The notes under the pieces are model-generated. The model searched no databases, had not been told where the DNA came from, and was given only the letters and a program-made list of their open reading frames with translations. 64,000 bases of DNA from Tubulanus polymorphus. Lineage: Eukaryota; Animalia; Nemertea. The stretch spans positions 9,093,859 through 9,157,858 of the forward strand of contig NC_134036.1 of the NCBI RefSeq assembly GCF_964204645.1. Reading direction: 5' to 3'. The stretch's first letter is position 1. Each line of letters starts with the position of its first letter. A program made the position numbers and the translations under genes. Shown here piece by piece: positions 36,547 through 46,543 of the stretch.

Positions 36547-39500
36547 CTATGCACGTCGTTTCCGTCTTTTCTTGGCTGTTTGATGATATGCCGTCAAGAT
36601 CGACCTATCCAAGAAATTCTCCTCCGGTTCCCAAGTCTTATCCGCATAACCCTCCCAGGCGACATAATAATACAACCTGCCTCCCCGTCTTCTATGTTTG
36701 AGTATTCGAGACACAGTGTATATCGACTCGTCTTTCCCGTCAATATTTTCGCGACCCTTCGATAACGTCATGTCCCTCTGCGTCAAAGTAGGAGGTTCAA
36801 TTGCGGGCGTCATGCCGATTTTGACATGGCGACTCTTATGGGGCAAAACGATTTCATCCATGGCGAGGTTCCCTGGTAAGTCATCTAATTTTTCAATAGT
36901 CTGCGGTAAGTCGTAAGTAGGCGGTTTTTTAGATTCATAAACCGGACGCAACCTATTTACATGAACTAATGTTTTAACCTTTCGATTATCATCCGTTCTC
37001 AATCTGTAATTAACTTCTCCTATTTTTTCAATAATTTCATATGGGCCCAGCCAAAATGAATGTAATTTCTTTGATGCCCCAGTAGGCAAGTGTGGGTAAT
37101 AAAGAAAAACCTTACTCCCCACTTCAAACTGAATATCTTTAGCATTTTTATCGTACTGCTGCTTCATTTTTATTTTGCTCAGTTCCCGATTCTTACGAAC
37201 TATGTCATGTACTATATCCATCTTCTTAATTAAGTGTTGAAAATAGGCCACATGAGACCCATATTCATTTTTTGGAGCTGATATGGCTAGTTCCATGGGC
37301 AATTTAGGCATCCGCCCAAAAACAATTTCAAAAGGCGTGAATGACGTCGAATTGATATTATTTGAGGAATTCATTGCGAATACCGCAGATTGCAGATATA
37401 AGTCCCACTTTCCCGGGCTTTGTCCATCTAATAACTTAGCTATTGATTTGTTTAAATGTCTATGTTGTACTTCTAAAGCACCATTCGCCTGTGGATGATA
37501 TGAGGACGTAGTTTTTGTTCTACCCCCCAAGAGGATGGCCGTTCGTTGAAAGACTTTTGAGATAAAGTTTGACCCATTGTCGGTAAGTATAGTAGAAAAC
37601 ATCCCATATCTCAAAATGATACCATCCACCAACCTTTCGGCGACCTCTTCTGCCGATGCCGTCTTAAGCGGAAATGCCTCCATATATGATGAAAAAGTTT
37701 CAATACATGTCAACACATATTTATGCCCCTTGTCAGACACCGGAAAGGGACCCACCATATCCATAGCAAATTTATGGAAAATTGGCTCCACCCGTACCGT
37801 TTGCATTGGAACCTTAGTAGCCTCTTTTGCAGACAACCCTTTCCGTTGACAGACATTACATCGTAAGCAGAAATCCTTTACATCGTTAAACATACCATTC
37901 CAATAATACCTATTTTTCAGACGCATATACGTTGACTTGATGCCACTGTGTCCTCCAAAAACCTCATGTGTTTCTTGCAGGATTTGTAAGCGAAGTTGTT
38001 TTGGTATCACATAGCAAGGAGAGAAGTGAGCAGATTGGCGGCGATTTAAATGTTGCAAGTATTGAAGACTATCCTTGTTGTCCAGAATATACCTTTCGTG
38101 CGACAAGATTATTCGTCGTGCCAAACGATCATTTTTTGGTAATGATCCGTCTAATAGGTAATCAATGATAGGTCGTAACTCATTATCTTTACGTTGTTCC
38201 ATAGGCAAATTCACCAAGATATCATCGTTACCTGTGTCAACAGCCACTATTTCCGGATACCTTAATCTAGACAAGAAATCCGCATCTGCATGTTGTACTC
38301 CTGCCCGATACTCAACGTCATATTGGTATCCTTGTAGGAAGATGCACCACCGTTGTAGCCGACCTGAGGCGAGACCATCGACCTCCATCTTTTTTAACCA
38401 CAACAGTGCTTTATGATCTGTGACCACCGTAAAAGGATTTCCATACAGGTATACTTTATAATACTTAATGGCTGAAATGAGCGCCAGACACTCCCGCTCA
38501 CTAGCGGAATATGCTTGTTCTTGTTTTGTTAGCGCTCGTCCACCGTATGCAATTACGTGTTCTTGACCGTCGTCTCCTTCCTGTACAAGACAATATCCCA
38601 TCGCAAAATTTGATGCGTCGCAGTGAACCTTGAACTTGCGTTTCAGAGAAGGATATGCTAACACGGGTGCTGTTATAAGTGCCTGTTTCAAGTCATCAAA
38701 CGCTTTCTGACAATCGTCAGACCATAGAAATGGTATACCCTTTATCGTCAATAGTGTCAATGGTCGTGCCCGCCCCGAAAAGTTCTTAATGAATTTTCTA
38801 TAGAAATTAGCAGCCCCTAGGAAAGACCGAACTTGAGTTTGATTTGTAGGCACAGGGCAGTTTCGAATCACATTTACTTTCTCGGGATTAGTTCTAATGC
38901 CATCCCCGTCTAAATAGAAACCCAAAAACTTACAGTTTGGTCGAGCAATAAAACATTTGCTGGGTTTAAGTGTCAACCCCGCCACCCGTAATCTTTCAAA
39001 AAGTTGGCGTAAATGTTGTAAGTGATCCTCCCAACACGTAGAAAATACTAAAAGGTCATCTAAATAAACCAAAACAGAGTCCCCTAATGAATGTAAGAGG
39101 CGAGCCATAATGGATTGAAAAATACTAGGGGCCGATGCTATGCCCATGGGTAATCTAGTAAATTGGTAATGACCAGTAGGCGTTACGAACGCCGTTTTGT
39201 GACGAGACTCTTGTGAAATCGGGATCTGAAAATAACCACTTCTTAAATCTAGAGAAGAAAATATTTTTGGCCTAGCGGTGCCACACATAGTTAAGGTGTC
39301 AAAGATATGAGGTATTGGATGTAATGTTTGCAATTTTAATACCTTATTTAATCGCCTAAAATCAATACACAATCGATATGACCCATCTGGTTTTGGTACC
39401 AAAAGTGCGGGAGAACTATAATTTGAATTTGAATCTTCAATAACGCCTTGCTTTTTAAGTTCATCAATCTGCTTATCTAAAATATCCCTCAACGCTAATG

Positions 39501-40614
39501 GAACCCGATATGGTCGTGACCGAATAGGCACCTCATTTTCAGTCTCAATATTGCATTCAACCCCCTTTGCGGTTCCCAACTCCAATATCCCTTCTGCAAA
39601 CCTATCTCTGTATTCTTCCAATAATGATTTTAAATCAGCTTTTTGCTGTACCGATATGTCTCCCGTTTCCACACTATCTAATATATCGTTTTGATTTTCA
39701 GGTTGAGGCGTGGAAATACCTTCACTATCAATTGTCATATATGACCCGTCTGCGATAGGAGCATCTAAATCGATGAGAGTAACATCTCCTAAAATGGCAC
39801 CCTTTTTTAACCGTTTTGAATAATTTGATGGATTACACACTTGCACAGGTAATACCCCACTTTTAATATTAGATATACTAGCCGCACCCATAATACCATA
39901 TTTATCCCATAATCTAGCGGACTGTTGAACAAAACCTACACCGTCCTTTCTTCCCGTCCCCTTCATTTTTGCTTTTATCTGCACCTGTGTACCAGGCGGA
40001 ATTGTGACCGTATCGTTAGCTACTATACAAATTTGTAATTGTACCTTTGCCCCCTCGTGAAGAGGTATTGAGTGACCGGATGACAGATGTAGGAGCTTTC
40101 TCGGAGTGTCAATAACCACACCCTGACTGTTAATGAAATCCATGCCTAGAATACATGGGTGAGCCAATTTCCTTAATATCAGAAATTCTTGCTTAACAAC
40201 CCTTGATTCCATTTTAAGATTTAATTTAACAATACCGAATATTTCTAATGTACCCCCATCAGCTACCGTAGCATATTTATAACCGTCATATTCTAACGGC
40301 GTTACTAATACCGTGGATCTTAATTTCAAAAAGTATTCATATGATATGACACTTCGAGTTGCTCCTGTATCAATCAAAACATCCATCCGTTCATCAAAAA
40401 TAACACAATTTAAGGACAGTGGGCGCTCAGAGCATAATACTTTTGGTTTTTCTTTCAAAATTTTCTTCTTTGTCAAGTTTTGTTTGTGAGATTTCAATTT
40501 TGTCTGTGAGCGCCCACTATCCCCCGTTATCCCCGATCCTACCTCATACAATACTTGGGCATTCTCTGTTTGTATAGCTCTGGACAGCTGCCCTAAGCCA
40601 TCCTTGCTACAGCC
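36547..40614 (-). CDS. pol: Pol polyprotein: protease, dUTPase-like spacer, RT, RNase H, integrase, chromodomain
   Basis: Motifs LIDTGA; YLDD; HCDAS; HHCC zinc-binding (H..GGH..CNVC); MDMVGP/TDNGSNF/GALE (D,D35E); WLGPY; YTVSRILKHR..YYVAWEGYADKTWEPEEN. The frame is open and continuous with gag after one TAG. Confidence 0.97.
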   Translation of the reverse strand, partial: GCSKDGLGQLSRAIQTENAQVLYEVGSGITGDSGRSQTKLKSHKQNLTKKKILKEKPKVLCSERPLSLNCVIFDERMDVLIDTGATRSVISYEYFLKLRSTVLVTPLEYDGYKYATVADGGTLEIFGIVKLNLKMESRVVKQEFLILRKLAHPCILGMDFINSQGVVIDTPRKLLHLSSGHSIPLHEGAKVQLQICIVANDTVTIPPGTQVQIKAKMKGTGRKDGVGFVQQSARLWDKYGIMGAASISNIKSGVLPVQVCNPSNYSKRLKKGAILGDVTLIDLDAPIADGSYMTIDSEGISTPQPENQNDILDSVETGDISVQQKADLKSLLEEYRDRFAEGILELGTAKGVECNIETENEVPIRSRPYRVPLALRDILDKQIDELKKQGVIEDSNSNYSSPALLVPKPDGSYRLCIDFRRLNKVLKLQTLHPIPHIFDTLTMCGTARPKIFSSLDLRSGYFQIPISQESRHKTAFVTPTGHYQFTRLPMGIASAPSIFQSIMARLLHSLGDSVLVYLDDLLVFSTCWEDHLQHLRQLFERLRVAGLTLKPSKCFIARPNCKFLGFYLDGDGIRTNPEKVNVIRNCPVPTNQTQVRSFLGAANFYRKFIKNFSGRARPLTLLTIKGIPFLWSDDCQKAFDDLKQALITAPVLAYPSLKRKFKVHCDASNFAMGYCLVQEGDDGQEHVIAYGGRALTKQEQAYSASERECLALISAIKYYKVYLYGNPFTVVTDHKALLWLKKMEVDGLASGRLQRWCIFLQGYQYDVEYRAGVQHADADFLSRLRYPEIVAVDTGNDDILVNLPMEQRKDNELRPIIDYLLDGSLPKNDRLARRIILSHERYILDNKDSLQYLQHLNRRQSAHFSPCYVIPKQLRLQILQETHEVFGGHSGIKSTYMRLKNRYYWNGMFNDVKDFCLRCNVCQRKGLSAKEATKVPMQTVRVEPIFHKFAMDMVGPFPVSDKGHKYVLTCIETFSSYMEAFPLKTASAEEVAERLVDGIILRYGMFSTILTDNGSNFISKVFQRTAILLGGRTKTTSSYHPQANGALEVQHRHLNKSIAKLLDGQSPGKWDLYLQSAVFAMNSSNNINSTSFTPFEIVFGRMPKLPMELAISAPKNEYGSHVAYFQHLIKKMDIVHDIVRKNRELSKIKMKQQYDKNAKDIQFEVGSKVFLYYPHLPTGASKKLHSFWLGPYEIIEKIGEVNYRLRTDDNRKVKTLVHVNRLRPVYESKKPPTYDLPQTIEKLDDLPGNLAMDEIVLPHKSRHVKIGMTPAIEPPTLTQRDMTLSKGRENIDGKDESIYTVSRILKHRRRGGRLYYYVAWEGYADKTWEPEENFLDRSILTAYHQTAKKRRKRRA

Positions 40615-41625
40615 CTAATTAGTCCGCTGTTGTCGATTCGTATTCCGACGGCAATATCTGCTAATATGTCCAGGTAAACCACATTGATAACAAATGATGT
40701 TTCTATTTTCCGTTGCGAAGGTAGATTTCGCTGGCCCCCTGCAATTTCTAGCCATATGTCCAATTATGTTACACCTGTAACATCGACCTCTAAACGTAGG
40801 GTAACGAAATCTATTGTTTGTAGCTCCATCTCGCGCGTACGTAATCGCTTCAAACGGTCGTTGAATTCCCGTAAGAGCCCGACTTTCCTGTGCCATCGTC
40901 TCCTCCTTTCGTTGTTTAATTTCTAGCTGATTTATTCTTGTTTTCAGTTCGTCCCACTCCGCGTTGGCTGTCTCGACTTGATGAACACCAGGGCCATCTA
41001 TTTTCAACATCTGGACTACGTTACTAGCCATTTTGATGGCTTTGTCCAGATCCTCTGGCATTTGCGTCCAAACGATTTTGCGAATGTCCGCGGAGAGACC
41101 GTCAATAAACGTACTCAACGTCACATGCGCGGGTAATTCCAATTCATTCGCTCTCCGTTTAACATCGTCTGCGAAATTGTCTACTGTTTGGCCTGAAACC
41201 ATGCGCATGTGTTTCAGCTGGTGAGTTTTTAGCATTTTTCGATCCGGGTTATTATATCGCTGATTAAACGCTTGTAATAAATCATTCCACACGCGTTTCT
41301 TATCTTTATCGACACCTAAATACCAAGAGCGAGCTTCTCCCCTCAAAAACAAGGGAAAGCTCCTCAGTATCTGACGGTCACTCCATGCCATGAGTTTTAC
41401 GTATTGTAAAAATGCGTCTAACCATGGTTCCGGATCATTTGTTCCGTCAAAATGTTCTGGTTTCAGCCCGCTTACGCCTTTCGGGACAATGATTATTTCA
41501 TCGTCGCTATCATTGTCGTCGTCTTGTCCTACAGCCGGATTGGCTGGTCCCACGGCCACTTGCTGTCCCGCGTTTGCCATCCCCAACAGTTGTGCTTTTC
41601 GTTTAACGGGTTGGTTATAAAACAT
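40615..41625 (-). CDS. gag: Gag with capsid domain and two CCHC zinc knuckles
   Basis: PEHFDGTNDPEPWL..LRGEARSWY capsid motif; knuckles CYRCNIIGHMARNC and CYQCGLPGHISRYC. Confidence 0.95.
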   Translation of the reverse strand: MFYNQPVKRKAQLLGMANAGQQVAVGPANPAVGQDDDNDSDDEIIIVPKGVSGLKPEHFDGTNDPEPWLDAFLQYVKLMAWSDRQILRSFPLFLRGEARSWYLGVDKDKKRVWNDLLQAFNQRYNNPDRKMLKTHQLKHMRMVSGQTVDNFADDVKRRANELELPAHVTLSTFIDGLSADIRKIVWTQMPEDLDKAIKMASNVVQMLKIDGPGVHQVETANAEWDELKTRINQLEIKQRKEETMAQESRALTGIQRPFEAITYARDGATNNRFRYPTFRGRCYRCNIIGHMARNCRGPAKSTFATENRNIICYQCGLPGHISRYCRRNTNRQQRTN

Positions 41626-41704
41626 AAACCAGAGTTTTTATAAATCGATTCAAAGTTTTGTATAATGTCACTCACCACTAGCTTGGCTGCGAGACCGGAA
41701 TTCT

Positions 41705-41721
41705 GCCGCTATTCTCCACCA
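41705..41721 (-). promoter_or_regulatory. Primer-binding site, probably tRNA-Ala
   Basis: TGGTGGAGAATAGCGGC begins 1 nt inside the 5' LTR end. TGGTGGAGAAT is complementary to the ATTCTCCACCA 3' end of animal tRNA-Ala(AGC). Confidence 0.8.
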
Positions 41722-41722
41722 G

Positions 41723-42315
41723 TGTTGTGGGGGTCCTCTGTCCCAGTGTCCGGGTGACGTGTGTTGACCACCTGCGTTGTTTGCGTTTCACCAGCGTAGT
41801 TCCTTGGGGTTCTTCTCATATTAACTACAACTAGCTTCTTCTATCGATCCAGATCTTTATTCTTATACTCTCTTCTTACAATCTTCCTAGCACGTCCCCT
41901 CTAAACCACTAGCTCAACCGACCCAGCTCTACCGACCAAGCTTTCGACCCCACTGCATTAAAACCCTCCCTTTTTATACTTATTCTTCCTTCGCTCGTGA
42001 CGTATATTTCCACACCGCTTGGCCTCATCGCCAGAGACGTCTTATTCTATTACTACAGTCCTACTGGCCATGTAAATCATTTCTACGTGTGTTATACGTC
42101 ACGAGCGCTAAATTTATAACTCAACTTTCCAGAGCTCAAGGCTGCTGCTATAACAAGCTTTCCCACGTAGACACCCACGTCACTCTCACCTATCTTCTAT
42201 GCTTCTCTCTTATGTGTGACGTAAGTATTCACGTAAGTCGCCTGCTAACCGCAACTACTGCCTTGAACTCCGGCTTATTTCCCACTGTCTAAATAGGTAA
42301 TTTATTACTCCAATA
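41723..42315 (-). repeat. 5' LTR
   Basis: 593-bp direct repeat of 30990-31582; minus-strand termini TATTG...CAACA. Confidence 0.95.
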
Positions 42316-44174
42316 CATCAACGAATCAATAAACTGTCGAACTCGCATTTCATAATCGAATGCTGCCCTTTTTTCTTGCCGGGATTTAGAATCATTTTCT
42401 GATCGGGATTGTTATAAAAGAATCTTAAATTTTTTTCAAATTGAAATTCAGAGCTGCTGAAGATACACCGTGACACCAGTTCCATCCAGTTCGAGATTAA
42501 ATATTACTTTTGAGAATTTGATTCAATAAATTGAAAGTTCCTGAAGGAACCAGAGCCTGCACGCACAAATTGATATAATATCTGCCACACATTGAAAGTG
42601 AATTGAAGAAGAGTTGTAAGATTGACATGAATACACTCTGACTATTATTCATTATTCATTCGATCATCGGTTTATCGGTGTATGACATTAGCATATATCT
42701 ACGATGCATGCGATTGATCTAGTCACCTTTGAGCGGATTGAAAATCAAGTAACATTTTTTCAAATCCGCCATTAACTGTAGTTTATAAATGAGATTGGCC
42801 TCGGACACAGAACGCTATTCTAAAAAATGAGGACCAATCATCACTCCGAAAACGATAGACTAGATATCATTTGAAAAACTAGTTTTAAGTCCTTGTTAAT
42901 ACTTAACACCAGATAATAAGAAACCATCCTGTTATGGGTTTAGGGCAGGAGTTAACGATAAATGAGATAAACATAAACGGATATAATTCAAGGTCCAAAT
43001 AGATCTAGATATAACAGTTGATTATGAGGAAAAAAGCCAAATTTGCGGTTACGCAGTTTTGAACAGCTTACATGTATGTTCAAATGTTTGCGTCTATTAA
43101 AAATATCGATACGGGAAAAATCAGTATCTATCTTTAAATCATTCATATATATATATAGTCAAATGTACGGTTCGTTGATAGATAACACAGTAATGCTTAT
43201 GTTAGTTTTGAAGCCGGTTAAAATAAATAAATACAAAATATAAATTTGCTATTTAGATAGAAGGATGATCCGTATTCTAAAACTAGATCCGCGCCAGGCC
43301 CCGTTGGACTTAAAATTTGATACAGTTTTGTACCATCATAGACCGTCGCATAGCCACACTTATATTTATACATTGGGTATGAAATATTAACACGAATAAC
43401 ATTTCTAAACCGTGAACGATTTCCCCAACGTGCTTTTTAAACGCATTTAGTAACAAGTTTGTTTCACTATAGCGGTAAAAATGTTAACAAATTGCATTAA
43501 TCAATGTATCCTACTGAATTTCAACTGAATTCGGCGATTTGGTGATTCGGAGATATTCAAACACCCGGTTACGTTCGTCGAGTCCGCCTTCTGGAGATAA
43601 CGACTTTTCTATAGACCACATGCCATAGGTTTATAGTGTGCATCTATTTTTAAAAAAAGACTGTCTTTGAACTCGACTCGTTTAAGTTCAAGTTAATTTA
43701 TTCAATGGAAAAGAACTCAAAACCTTGAAGGCCGATGAAGTAAGCACATGAGGAGAGCGCATGGCTATGTTTTTGGAGCAAGTGTTGTGCAAGTGATTCG
43801 AAGGCAGTATTAGATTCTAAATTTCCACGTGTTTAATCTGACCAAAATATTGATTAAAGTTTCATAACAACGGCTACGGCGCGTGTCTCCTTCATTTCAT
43901 GTTTTCGATTATATCAATTTGGAGTGTTGCATAAGTGACGGAATGAAATGAAATCTGAATGAATTAATTTTGTCCTAAACTTTTGAAACAGTTTTGACTA
44001 CTCCAGAGAATGTTTGAATGTCTATGCTCTGAAGATAGGTTTTGTGATTTTGTGAGTTATGAATATAGTTGCGCACAAAAAACAACCGTAATATAACCAG
44101 AGAGATGCACTATACTAAAGATTAAAGAAATAAAATCAGCCTTGTCGATGATAAAGATTTATGGCGGTGATCCT

Positions 44175-44583
44175 CAGGCCGGGCGGATTGAGAGGGGTCC
44201 GAGGGGGTCCGTATCCCCCTCCATAAATTGGAAGGTCCATACAAACGTCTACTCCAAGAAATCCTAAGTGACCATTTTTAAATTAAGGTGAATTAGAACA
44301 CAAACAGAAGTGCAAAATGATGAATATACGATGGTATTGTGATTGTGGTCGTGGTGTTGTGTATGTTACGATTATTATCACGGATTTCATTGTTCAACTT
44401 CGTTGAAATCTTACCACATTCTTCTCTAATTTTCAAAACGTTTCTATAGTCGAGTAGCCCCTAACGGTCGGATGTCTATGTAATGTCGTTGTGCGTGTTG
44501 CATCGTCATTACAGTAACATTTAATATGGTTCCTTTTTACTTTCCCGGACTCCACCCCTACAAAAGTCCTAGATCCACCCCTG
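44175..44583. mobile_element. hAT-like MITE (CAGG...CCTG)
   Basis: Ends CAGGCCGGGCGGATT and AGATCCACCCCTG; near-identical 5-bp flanks ATCCT/ATCCC. Confidence 0.5.
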
Positions 44584-46543
44584 ATCCCGACATGTTTTAT
44601 TTTCGATTGAGTCCAGAGTGGAACTTTTGCTGACGAGAGTGGGGGGGGGCTCTTTCAAATCCAGCCAACCCTAGGCCTGCTGATAATATTGTCACATTGG
44701 TTAGGCACACTGTAAAAAATAATTCCGTTTAAAAACGGTAATTCCGTCGGCAGCAATTGGGACACATAGAGATTCCGTCATTTGATGGTAATAAAAATGA
44801 TGCCGTTTTTTCACGTTATGTAAAAACACAAACCCGCCGTTCCGAAATGGCTGTACGCCGTATTTTCCTGTCTGAATTACCGTCAGGAGCTGATGAGCGC
44901 CCGTATACCGGAGGCAGCCGCTGCGTTTAAATACGTTACTGGGCCGTTAAAATACGGCGAGATTACCATTAAAATGACCTCCATCCAACGTGAAATAACG
45001 ATCGAGCACCGTCCAGAAACGGCAGAATCGCCTGGCTGATCCGACATGCCACCGTCCTCCTTAGCTGACCTTTTGACCCATTCTGGAGATCACACCCCAC
45101 AGACCCTTCGAATCGACAGTAAAAGGCACCTCCAACATAAAAACCTCCAGGATACAGTAACAGAAGAAAAAAGGACACAAATTGAAACCCCCGACAGGAT
45201 GCCTGAATTGAGACTCCTTTAAGGGGCAAATTTCCAATGCCAATTCTCCTATCATAAGGCTTAAAAATGATACCTTGTTTCTCCTAATCGGCCGGGTCAT
45301 TTTGTAAACTGCAATCAAATTTTTAATCAGTTCATTTCTACAACTGCTGGGTCTGTTATTGTTAGCCTGATATCATGATTTCGAAAAGGCGGCCGGCCTG
45401 GTCACCTTTTAATATCAGCAATAAGAAACGAGGTATCAATTTTTGTTAGCCTAATGCTTAAATTTGTGCGGGGAAGGGGTTTAGAAATTCGGGAATCCAT
45501 GCATACATATAATACATAATACAGTAGTAAAATACGCTTTATGTATTTATTTCAACGAGTTAAAACTATAACTTCAATACAAATTAAAATTGGAGAGTGG
45601 GCTTTACCCTGTTTAGAATTACACAGAATTTAAAAATGCGCGACAAAATTAAAAGCAAAGATTTAAAAATAATAAGATGAAGAATTAATACATATAACAT
45701 GTATAATTACAATTATCTCCAGTATTTCCTTTTCTGAAACCACTAACCCAGACAAAAATATGATTCCCCGAATGTGCGATTTAGGCGCCGAGTTAATTAA
45801 AAGAAAAACATTATGGTATACACTGTACCACAAATTTCTGTATAAACATGTACTTCATGTACATAATCATGTCAAATAAATCCTGTTTTCACATTCGAGT
45901 ATGTTTAAGTGACTAAAAGATTTCTCATTTCAGTCTATAGTGAAATATTTCTCTCACAACAACTACACGTATAACACGCTACCGAACACTCGTCTATAGA
46001 GTTACTGTATTAAAGCAATACAAAATATAATATCTAATCTTTGATATTTGGTGATGAGTTGCTTTTTTTCATGAAACCTGCTTCTGTGGCAGTGGCCCTT
46101 TATTAAATTTTTTTCACACAAATTGAAAATCATGGGCCAGATCTGATCCAGTGGGCTAAAAGGTTAGCCGAAATGATTAAGATTACTTGATAAAATTTCC
46201 AAAACAGTTCGTTCTCCTGTGGGATTTTTTGTAACTTAAACTAGTTTTGCACTGATTGCAAAATCATTCACATTTAAGTAAATAATGCTTTTTTCTTTTT
46301 TTAATTAAATAGCATTCTCCATCACTACCAGAATTTGTTTTATTAATGAAATGACATTTTTTATGATTGTGCTGAAAGTGGCGATGAATACCAATAAATT
46401 TAATGTTAGAAAAGAGTTTTCACCAAATTCAAATATATTAAAAAAAGAAAATATTTTCTGAAACATTATACAAAAACAAATGCACTTGATTGCTCAATAC
46501 ACAAGATTCTCTTTCAGTTCAAATAATACTTGGATGTTAGCAT

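Larger units (their letters stand above)
30990..42315 (-). mobile_element. Full-length env-containing Ty3/gypsy LTR retrotransposon (errantivirus-like), very recent insertion
   Basis: Two 593-bp LTRs with no difference seen by eye, 4-bp TSD CATC (30986-30989, 42316-42319), primer-binding site, polypurine tract, gag, pol (PR-RT-RH-IN order) and env. Confidence 0.97.

Noticed and set aside
36535-41643. Many short plus-strand ORFs overlapping gag/pol
   Set aside because: Antisense shadows of long coding frames with no independent signals.
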